Below, piece after piece: positions 7,622 to 14,743 of a DNA stretch of 32,000 nucleotides. The translations under genes and the position numbers were made by a program. The DNA lies in the NCBI RefSeq assembly GCF_000446015.1, contig NC_022093.1:930001-962000 (forward strand). The letters are read 5' to 3'. The notes below the pieces were generated by a model, which was not told the DNA's origin, ran no database searches, and was given only the letters and a program-made list of their open reading frames with translations. Position 1 is the stretch's first letter. Every line of letters starts with the position of its first letter. The DNA comes from Thermofilum adornatum. Lineage in GTDB: Archaea; Thermoproteota; Thermoprotei; Thermofilales; Thermofilaceae.

Positions 7622-7731
7622 TGGTGCCCCGGCCGGGATTTGAACCCGGGATCTTCGGCTCGAGAGGCCGATATCCTTGCGGCCTTGCATCTTCCAGCTC
7701 GTGCAGGTTGACCGGGCTAGACGACCGGGGC
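7622..7731 (-). tRNA. tRNA-Glu(CUC), 110 nt with encoded CCA, interrupted by a 31-nt non-canonical intron in the D-loop/D-stem junction
   Basis: Hand fold: acceptor GCCCCGG/CCGGGGC with discriminator A and CCA; T arm CCGGG-UUCAAAU-CCCGG; anticodon arm UCGGC-CUCUCGA-GCCGA (anticodon CUC at 7664-7662). The D stem GUCU pairs with GGAU only after 31 nt are removed. The exon sequence closely resembles crenarchaeal tRNA-Glu as I remember it (UAGCCCGGUCAA, CUNUCGAGCC). Confidence 0.85.
7677..7707 (-). other. tRNA intron (31 nt; the register is ambiguous by up to 3 nt because CAA is repeated at both junctions)
   Basis: The intron is CCUGCACGAGCUGGAAGAUGCAAGGCCGCAA. Removing it restores an 11-nt D loop AGCCCGGUCAA and the D stem. 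It has an internal hairpin CCUGCA/UGCA(A)GG. I could not fold a canonical bulge-helix-bulge by eye. Confidence 0.65.
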
Positions 7732-7827
7732 TTAGCGCGCGCTAACGGCTTTGATGGAAAGGTGCAAAATGTAAAATGAATCTAGATTTAAAAACTTTTC
7801 ATTGGGTGGAATAAAGGAAGGAAGACT

Positions 7828-9249
7828 GTGCATTTTTTAGCTTGTCTCAGGGCTGGGAAGCCTTTTTTCTCTGAAAAAGGTTTTCTTTTGTTCAAGCAAA
7901 GGTTTTATAATTTCAGGCCTGTTAAGTCCTTGTCTACGCTTGGCGAGCAGGTGAATTGGGAAGTGGCAAGGATACGTTTCCTGGCTATATCGGATGTCCA
8001 CGGCAAAGAGGATCTGGTGGACAAGTTCCTAGAGTGGGTGCAGAAAGAAAACTTGGCATATGACTTCATAGTGGCAGCCGGTGATATTGGGAACCCGCAG
8101 CGCGCTGGAAGCATGTGCAGAATTCTACGAAAGATTTCTTTAACACTTAAGAAGAACGTCTACTATGTTAAGGGTAATTGGGACATTGAAGGGACATGTG
8201 GAGACAAGAGTGTTTTGGATCTAGACGATACTGGTCCGCTGATTTTTGGCAACATTGCACTCATTGGCCACGGAAGAATAGCTGAGCCCTACGAGATACC
8301 AAGCACAGTTAGGGTATCAGTCCTAGTCACTCATTATCCTCCTTTCAGCATCCTTGACAGGGGGAAAGTGATAGACAGCAATCATAGGTCTCTCCATGCG
8401 GGAGTCATTGATATTAACTATCTCATTGACTACTACAAGCCACGGGTACACATTTTTGGGCACAGCCACAGCTTCGGAGGGCTTGATGTCGAACACAATG
8501 GGGTCGTCTATGTAAATGTGGCCAGGCTTGACAGATTGCTGAAGAATGGAGAGTCTATTGGAAACTATGCAATAATAGATGTTTCTGATACGGGAGAAGT
8601 AAAAGTCGAATGGAGATTTATCAATGGCGCCTGGAAAAAATGTACAAGCTGTGGCCGAATAGTTCACATACCAGACAAATGGTCTCTATGCCGCAAATGT
8701 GCACACCGCACAGAACTAAAGTTCGCCAGGATCACTGGGGTACCATACGTTGCAAAGCTTATATTCAGAGACCTGACAAGTGGTCTACAAGTTGCATCCC
8801 CACAGGTAAAAATACCTTTCCACACGCTTAAGGACTACTCGACGTACGAGGAGTTCCTCGATGCATTGGTGCTCAGAGAGGCGAGAAACATGCTTTCAAG
8901 CGATAATTCGAGAGTAGTCGAGGTTCCCAAAGATAAGGTCCTTGAATTCTATAACCAAGTAAACAATAAAAGAATGACTCCCTTCAGCGAATATCTCTTC
9001 GCATGCAATGATAAAGTTAGTGGAAAGCAGTTATGCCTAGTTATGCGTGTGTTTTCCGCAGATAAGAGGGCACATGTGCTATGGAAAATAAAAGAGGATT
9101 CAGAGACAGGTAAAAGAACCCTTGAACAATACATACTCTTTAAGAACGAGCCTGCACAAGCGTTAAACTTCTTAGTAAGCCAGCTAGCCGAGTCTGGATT
9201 CAAGGTTTTAACATATAGCCTAGAGCCTGTCCAGCATGTCCAACAATAA
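7828..9249 (+). CDS. Calcineurin-like metallophosphoesterase fused to a Zn-ribbon and an uncharacterised ~175-aa C-terminal domain
   Basis: The metallophosphoesterase motifs appear in order: AISDVHG, AAGDIGN, VKGNWD, LVTHYPP and IFGHSHS. They are followed by CTSCGRIVHIPDKWSLCRKC (a C4 ribbon) and then a domain with no motif I recognise. The start is uncertain: GTG at 7828 as listed, with GTG candidates at 7951 and 7963. A TATA-like TTTAAAAA lies at 7786-7793. Confidence 0.7.
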   Translation: MHFLACLRAGKPFFSEKGFLLFKQRFYNFRPVKSLSTLGEQVNWEVARIRFLAISDVHGKEDLVDKFLEWVQKENLAYDFIVAAGDIGNPQRAGSMCRILRKISLTLKKNVYYVKGNWDIEGTCGDKSVLDLDDTGPLIFGNIALIGHGRIAEPYEIPSTVRVSVLVTHYPPFSILDRGKVIDSNHRSLHAGVIDINYLIDYYKPRVHIFGHSHSFGGLDVEHNGVVYVNVARLDRLLKNGESIGNYAIIDVSDTGEVKVEWRFINGAWKKCTSCGRIVHIPDKWSLCRKCAHRTELKFARITGVPYVAKLIFRDLTSGLQVASPQVKIPFHTLKDYSTYEEFLDALVLREARNMLSSDNSRVVEVPKDKVLEFYNQVNNKRMTPFSEYLFACNDKVSGKQLCLVMRVFSADKRAHVLWKIKEDSETGKRTLEQYILFKNEPAQALNFLVSQLAESGFKVLTYSLEPVQHVQQ

Positions 9250-9940
9250 AATGAATCTAATAGGAAAAGAACTCTACCGGAAATCGGTACACATTCTACT
9301 CACTATTATCCTGCTTCTACCATACTTAATCCATTTACCCTGGCCGCTTACACTGAACAATTATTATGCAACGGGGCTTTTCTTAGCGGCATTTATAAAC
9401 AGCCTTGTTGCACGTAGAGGCAAAGTTTTAGGCGAACTTAAAAAATTCAGAGAAAACATCGAAGGGATTATCGAGAAGACAAACAAAGAATTAAAACAAC
9501 CATTATTCCTTGTTGAGCAGGCCGTCTCAAAGCTTCAGGAGATAATTTCCACCCAAATTTCCATGCTTGAAAGAGACTATGAGAAGCGGGAGGGCTATGT
9601 CGGTTTGCTTTACGGGATGATTGGGGCCACGCTAAGTATACTTGTCTCTCCCGAGACAACTGTGTATGGTTTACTGGCGCTTGCAACTGTTGATACTGTT
9701 TCTGCACTTCATGACCTCTTTTTTAACAATAGGCAGAAATCACTCAGGGGTTCTTTCCTCGCACTTATAGTATACTTTTTTATCTTGGTGTTGGTTGGTT
9801 CCCCTCTTCTTAGCTCTTTCTTACTATCAATTATTGCCTGTATAACTGAGTACATTTCTCCAGAAGATAACCTAACTGTTCCCTTTGTGACAACACTAGC
9901 GGCCCTTTTTGTAGGAATGCCCCTTAAACCCCCTCTTTGA
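9236..9940 (+). CDS. Polytopic membrane protein, possibly a divergent polyprenol (dolichol/phytol) kinase / CTP-transferase-1 family member
   Basis: N-terminal ELYRKSVHI, then DTVSALHDLFFNNRQKSLRGS (compare the family pattern D..A...G...G....KS.EGS as I recall it) and a terminal E..SPEDNLTVP (compare E....DN..(I/V)P). A charged coiled insert of about 60 aa sits between TM blocks. The gene overlaps its upstream neighbour by 14 nt. Confidence 0.4.
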   Translation: MSNNKMNLIGKELYRKSVHILLTIILLLPYLIHLPWPLTLNNYYATGLFLAAFINSLVARRGKVLGELKKFRENIEGIIEKTNKELKQPLFLVEQAVSKLQEIISTQISMLERDYEKREGYVGLLYGMIGATLSILVSPETTVYGLLALATVDTVSALHDLFFNNRQKSLRGSFLALIVYFFILVLVGSPLLSSFLLSIIACITEYISPEDNLTVPFVTTLAALFVGMPLKPPL

Positions 9941-9977
9941 AATTCAAATAGCACAATGTTTAGAAAAAAACTTAGCA

Positions 9978-11195
9978 TTATTCTTCTATGGTCTGAAAGT
10001 CAGGGCTATGTAGGCTACTGCCGAAATCAGGAAAAGTAACAGTATTATTATAGATGCTATCCTCTTCAGAGTCGCTTTTTTCATTCTTCTCACCAATCAT
10101 TAGCCAAGTCATGATTAGAAACATGCCTAAAAATATTAGTGTTTCTGGTCTGAGTAATGACCCCAACGGAACGTTCTGTAATGAGGGAAGTCCACCTATG
10201 CTAGGTAGTGTATTGTTCATTTGTTCAAGTTCTTCTCTAGCGCCAGCCCCCTTATACAAAATTTTTCCATCACTGATGACAACAACGGTTGGGAACACTG
10301 TTACGTTAAGTTTGTAGAAGAGATTTTCTTCATCACGTGCAACGATCCATGTAATGTTGTTTTCTTTCACATATCTCTCTAGAACAGCCTGGGTATCAAC
10401 TGGGGACACTGTTAGGGAAACAACTGTGACTCCAGGAAGCCTTGAAAGATTTCTAAGGGCAGGTACAAGATACTTGCAACCGGTACACTGAGTATAGAAA
10501 AATTCAATGACGAGTATCTTGTTTCTCTGCTGGAAATCGAGGTCTAGTTTTGACGAGTTTAACATGTTGATGGAGGGGAGCTTCCCCAAGGTTTTATCAA
10601 CGCTCATGTTCATCTTGACATTCTGGATCATCTTTTTCTCTAGGAAGCCTATGACGTCTGAAATAGAGGTCGCACGTGTTACTATTAGCTTGCATGTGAT
10701 TTTGACGTTGACGTTTGTAGTTCCATTTAGTGCGTTGACTATTGGGGGTGAAGCTGAGCACTCGTAGTTCTTTGGCGCGTTGACGAGTACCTGGTAGGCA
10801 TCAACAGGCAGGGACACATTTTCGCCTGGTTTTACGGTAAGGGTGTTGTTGGTGGTGATGGATGCCAAGGAAACATTGATTCCTACAGGTGTAAAGTTTA
10901 ATGTTTCAACAATTATGTTGACCTTTTCTGGCTCCAGCTTAAAGTACACCTCGGTTGTGTTTGTTTTTACCTCGAATGTGCTCTGCAATTGTTTATACTT
11001 GGGGGCACTTATGAGAATCGTGTAGTTGCCGAGTGGTAGGTTAACGGAGACCTTGCCATTCACATTTGTTAGTGTTGTAATGTTTTCTCTTCCAGTAATT
11101 GTTATCCTGGCCCCTGGCAAGGGTTGGTCATCTTGACTAAGCACGTTTATTTGGATATCTCGCCTCTCTTCCTTTTTACGGTCAAGTTTTAACAT
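9978..11195 (-). CDS. CarboxypepD_reg-like Ig-fold repeats + thioredoxin-like (TlpA-type, CxxC) domain + C-terminal TM anchor; possibly the 3' part of a frameshifted larger gene
   Basis: DIQINVLSQDDQPLPGARITITG...GNYTILISAPKYK fits the carboxypeptidase-regulatory-like fold pattern. The thioredoxin motif is LVIEFFYTQCTGCKYLVPAL. The TM helix is LIFLGMFLIMTWLMIG. I counted 15 N-x-S/T sequons by hand, and there is no signal peptide. Confidence 0.65.
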   Translation of the reverse strand: MLKLDRKKEERRDIQINVLSQDDQPLPGARITITGRENITTLTNVNGKVSVNLPLGNYTILISAPKYKQLQSTFEVKTNTTEVYFKLEPEKVNIIVETLNFTPVGINVSLASITTNNTLTVKPGENVSLPVDAYQVLVNAPKNYECSASPPIVNALNGTTNVNVKITCKLIVTRATSISDVIGFLEKKMIQNVKMNMSVDKTLGKLPSINMLNSSKLDLDFQQRNKILVIEFFYTQCTGCKYLVPALRNLSRLPGVTVVSLTVSPVDTQAVLERYVKENNITWIVARDEENLFYKLNVTVFPTVVVISDGKILYKGAGAREELEQMNNTLPSIGGLPSLQNVPLGSLLRPETLIFLGMFLIMTWLMIGEKNEKSDSEEDSIYNNTVTFPDFGSSLHSPDFQTIEE

Positions 11196-12568
11196 GATCT
11201 GGGTGTCGCTTGTGAAGCTCTGCGTAAGAGATTTAGGCGAAAAGCTTCCTTTTTAACATTGATGTTATATGTTCCCGGCGGCACTTCAAATATTATTGGA
11301 CCATTGTTGTTAGTAATAAGAGACTGGCTTGTCCCTCCTGATGAAATTATTTCTACTACGGCGCCGGGGACGGGCCGTCCCTGGTCATCTACAACAATCA
11401 ACCTTAGTTTTATCGTGGTTAGTTGTAGGGCAGAGACAAGCATATTGTCGCCATATATACTGTAAAATCCTCCTCGAGAAGCGACGGCTGTTTTAGGCGG
11501 ACTTGGTGCGATATCCCAGGAAACCTGGTAGTAAGCAGTCCTGGAAAGTCCGCCATTATAAGAATATATCTCTACTTCATCGATTTTAAAGATGGCAATA
11601 GAGGAGCCATCGCTTGCAACAGCTACTCTTCCCAGGGGGACAGAAACAAGGTTGTTGCATTCCAGATTTAAATTACACCTTCTCAGTGTTCCGTCCGAGA
11701 AAATTGCGAGGAATGTATCATTGGTAAAAGGAATAAAACTCTGGATCTTGTCCAACATTCTTTTTACCTTGATGTTTAGGTCTGGCAAATTAAATACATA
11801 GGTCAAATAGTTGCCAGTGGAATTCTGCTGAACGCGTTGAGCAACCAAAAAATTGCCAACGACACTCTTCAAGGTTAAACCACTCTGGAAAGACGCAACC
11901 TTCTTAACATTCTGACCATCAATTCTGTAAACTTCTATCTTGTTATCCGTCAGCTGACATAGTTCACACTTAGTATCAATAGTTTCGGCAATGAGATAAG
12001 AGCCCCAAAAATCAAGCGAAAAAACATCAACCAAGATATCATTGCTGGTATCCAAGTCTCGCTCAAATATCCTGCTCTTCGACTGGGTGTCGAAAACAAC
12101 AAGCCTTGTCTCGGGATAACGCTTACCACTTACAGTTACATAATACCTGGAACTAACAGCCAGGTATCTGCCATCACTACTTAGCGAAGCCATGAGAAAA
12201 GATTCTTCATCGTTTTTCCTTGCTAGAAAGGCATCTATTATGTTTAGTGTCGAGGAATTCAGCAAATAGATGTTTCCAGATCTGTCAACTCCGACTAAAA
12301 TACGGGAGGGAGGCACATATTTGATGTAAAAAATTTCCTTGTCTGGGTTGATGAGTCGATTTGCTAAGGTGTTTCCGCTACTGTCCATGAGGCTACACGT
12401 CCCATCGCCGAAGCATAGAACAGCCTTGTTGTCCGGAAGCGCCGCCATAGAAGTTATTCTCTTTGAGAAGGCTTTTTGAATGAAATTATAGCTGGGCTGA
12501 GCATACGCTGGGCTCAGCGTCAAAACTAACATAAGCAGAAATGCTACGAGGCCTACGACCTTCCGCAT
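11189..12568 (-). CDS. Secreted beta-propeller-like protein with a C-terminal CarboxypepD_reg-like domain
   Basis: Signal peptide MRKVVGLVAFLLMLVLTLSPAYAQ. Repeated blades resemble LSSDGRYLAVSS and VASDGSSIAIF. The C-terminal LRLIVVDDQGRPVPGAVVEIIS...PPGTYNINVKK is truncated in mid-domain by the stop. Confidence 0.6.
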   Translation of the reverse strand: MRKVVGLVAFLLMLVLTLSPAYAQPSYNFIQKAFSKRITSMAALPDNKAVLCFGDGTCSLMDSSGNTLANRLINPDKEIFYIKYVPPSRILVGVDRSGNIYLLNSSTLNIIDAFLARKNDEESFLMASLSSDGRYLAVSSRYYVTVSGKRYPETRLVVFDTQSKSRIFERDLDTSNDILVDVFSLDFWGSYLIAETIDTKCELCQLTDNKIEVYRIDGQNVKKVASFQSGLTLKSVVGNFLVAQRVQQNSTGNYLTYVFNLPDLNIKVKRMLDKIQSFIPFTNDTFLAIFSDGTLRRCNLNLECNNLVSVPLGRVAVASDGSSIAIFKIDEVEIYSYNGGLSRTAYYQVSWDIAPSPPKTAVASRGGFYSIYGDNMLVSALQLTTIKLRLIVVDDQGRPVPGAVVEIISSGGTSQSLITNNNGPIIFEVPPGTYNINVKKEAFRLNLLRRASQATPRSC

Positions 12569-12570
12569 AT

Positions 12571-13005
12571 TTATTCTGTCTCCTTCAAGAGAATCCTTAC
12601 CGGAATACCATTAAGCATCTGGACAATAATAGGTAAGCCCTCGGTTTCAGAGCTAGACGACAGCGCACTACTGAGCTTGTATATAGCCTCCCTAACACTT
12701 GTCAGAGATTCCAGCGTATCTTTCTGTGACTCTAGAGTCTCTTCTAGTACGTTTAGCTCGTCAATTGCTCTGGCATTAACAACAACCTTCAACCCCATGT
12801 AGTCTATCTCGTTTAGAGTGGTAAGCTTTTCACCCATGAGGTCTTCTAGAACTTTCTCGATCATCCGCATTTTTTCAGCCCTAGCCTTTACGGCTTCATA
12901 CCTCTGCTCCAGCTGGCTTATAACCTTCTGTAGATTAGCTATTTGTGCGTCAATGTACCTTAAAAGATCGTCGAAACTATTAAACTGGTACAGGCTATAG
13001 GACAC
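12571..13005 (-). CDS. Coiled-coil protein of unknown function
   Basis: A 144-aa heptad-rich protein (IANLQKVISQLEQRYEAVKARAEKMRMIEKVLEDL) with a GTG start. Its stop lies 2 nt before the start of the propeller gene, suggesting an operon. A TATA-like TTTTTTAAATAG lies upstream. Confidence 0.5.
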   Translation of the reverse strand: MSYSLYQFNSFDDLLRYIDAQIANLQKVISQLEQRYEAVKARAEKMRMIEKVLEDLMGEKLTTLNEIDYMGLKVVVNARAIDELNVLEETLESQKDTLESLTSVREAIYKLSSALSSSSETEGLPIIVQMLNGIPVRILLKETE

Positions 13006-13123
13006 TTATCACACCTGAATAGCTATTTGTTTTTCTATTTAAAAAACTTAGCTAAAAAGTAGCAGTGGAACATTACAAATTGTAATAAAAATAATACAAA
13101 TATATTTTGCAGTTTCGCGACGG

Positions 13124-13909
13124 CTATCCTCCCCAACGCCTCTTCCTAGACTGGTAAGTTCTCACTGCTCGAAGCAGATCTATCTTGCGAAACTCGGGCC
13201 AGTACACGTCGAGAAACACTAGTTCAGAATAGGCTATCTGGTAAAGCAGAAAATTGCTTATCCTAACTTCTCCTGATGTACGTATAACCAAGTCAGGCTC
13301 AGGATATGGTATATCGCCCGTATACAGGTACCTGGAAAACAAGTTCTCGTCGATATCATCTATTGAGAGTTTCCCCGAGCATACCTCGCTGGAAATTCTC
13401 TTTACTGCATCTACTATTTCCTTCCGTCCGCCATAAGCAAGCGCAATGTTTAGGAACCTTTTATTATAGTGGATAGTATTCTTTTCAATTCTTGCAATTT
13501 TCTCTCTAAGCCTCTCAGGCAAAAGACTAGTGTCGCCTATTACTTTTATCCTGACCTCTCTTTTCTTAATCTTCTCAGAAGACTCTACTTCATCTAGCTT
13601 CTGATCCAGTAGGTCAAATATGTGTTCTAGCTCCTCCTTTGACCTGTTCTTTAAATTCTCCGTAGACAAGACATAGAGAGTGACAGTGTTTATGCCGAGA
13701 TCATAGCACCACTCGAGGACGTCTTCCACCCTGTCTGCGCCAAACCTGTGGCCAAGCCACGGGGGAAACCCGCGGCGTCTTGCCCATCGCCTATTACCGT
13801 CAAGAATGAATGCTACATGCTTCGGGATAGAGCCTTTCCGTACTTCCCGATCAAGCAGCCACTCGTAAACCTTATAGACTCCAAGCATCTCTGCAACTCT
13901 GCGCCACAT
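13124..13909 (-). CDS. uppS: cis-Prenyltransferase (undecaprenyl/di-trans,poly-cis-polyprenyl diphosphate synthase)
   Basis: HVAFILDGNRRWARRRG, the later IRTSGEVRISNFLLYQIAYSELVF, and the RRWG C-terminus are all classic UppS motifs. An alternative start is the ATG at 13888. Confidence 0.9.
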   Translation of the reverse strand: MWRRVAEMLGVYKVYEWLLDREVRKGSIPKHVAFILDGNRRWARRRGFPPWLGHRFGADRVEDVLEWCYDLGINTVTLYVLSTENLKNRSKEELEHIFDLLDQKLDEVESSEKIKKREVRIKVIGDTSLLPERLREKIARIEKNTIHYNKRFLNIALAYGGRKEIVDAVKRISSEVCSGKLSIDDIDENLFSRYLYTGDIPYPEPDLVIRTSGEVRISNFLLYQIAYSELVFLDVYWPEFRKIDLLRAVRTYQSRKRRWGG

Positions 13910-13955
13910 GGTATCATGCCACTAAGTTTTTACGCGTCTATGAAATGATAAAATC

Positions 13956-14684
13956 ATGTCTTTAAAAAATATGTTCAAGAGAGAGCTTCCCTCCGATCCC
14001 CATCAGCTAATAAAGGAAATTTCATCTATCATTGACCATACAAATCTCAAGCCCGAGGCTACGCTAAAAGACCTAGAATCTACTTGTCGTGAGGCAGTCG
14101 AACATGGCTTCTATGCGTGTTGCATCCCGAACTTTTACGTCGAGAATATCGCTAAACAGTTCGCGGGCCAAGTAAAGATTGCGACGGTAGCTGGCTTCCC
14201 GCATGGCAACATGGCTTCCACAGTCAAGGTCAAAGAGGTTGAAACAGCATACGTCAACGGGGCAGATGAGGTCGACGTCGTGGCAAACATATCCCTCTTC
14301 AAGTCTGGGCTATATTCTCAAGCAATAGAAGAGGTGGAGCGTATCCTTGATATATCGAAAAGCTACGGCGGCGTATTAAAAGTAATCATAGAAACAGGCT
14401 ATTTCTCTGAAGCAGAGATATACAGGATCGCAAGAGAACTCTCAAACATAGGCGTACACTACGTAAAGACAAGTACAGGTTTTGGTCCTCGAGGCGCAAC
14501 ACCCGAAGACGTACTCATACTTAAGAAGGCAGTCCAAGGAACAGCCACCAAAGTAAAAGCTGCCGGAGGAATACGGACAGGACTGCAGGCGTTGCTATTC
14601 TACCTGCTGGGAGTAGACAGGATAGGCACGTCGAGCAGTATCAAGATAGTAAAGGATTTGGAGGCTTCGTTTAATGTCGAATAA
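13956..14684 (+). CDS. deoC: Deoxyribose-phosphate aldolase
   Basis: IDHTNLKPEAT, the Schiff-base region HYVKTSTGFG, and KAAGGIRT are DeoC class I aldolase motifs. Confidence 0.85.
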   Translation: MSLKNMFKRELPSDPHQLIKEISSIIDHTNLKPEATLKDLESTCREAVEHGFYACCIPNFYVENIAKQFAGQVKIATVAGFPHGNMASTVKVKEVETAYVNGADEVDVVANISLFKSGLYSQAIEEVERILDISKSYGGVLKVIIETGYFSEAEIYRIARELSNIGVHYVKTSTGFGPRGATPEDVLILKKAVQGTATKVKAAGGIRTGLQALLFYLLGVDRIGTSSSIKIVKDLEASFNVE

Positions 14685-14743
14685 AGGATAAACAATTAGT
14701 GAAAGCTTTATTTACCACACCCATTGAAAAACTTTTGACAAAA

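Noticed and set aside
7422-7707. The 12-nt repeat cctgcacgagct (7422-7433) and its reverse complement in the tRNA (7696-7707), considered as an integrative-element attachment site
   Set aside because: The copies are inverted rather than direct, and no integrase or foreign genes lie between or beside them. One copy coincides exactly with the guide spacer of a C/D box sRNA, so antisense guide-target pairing explains it better.
13072-13086. The AT-rich palindrome ATTACAA-A-TTGTAAT between uppS and the coiled-coil gene
   Set aside because: The arms are short (7 bp) in a very AT-rich spacer, so this is likely chance or a simple terminator/promoter-flanking element. Nothing else supports a specific function.
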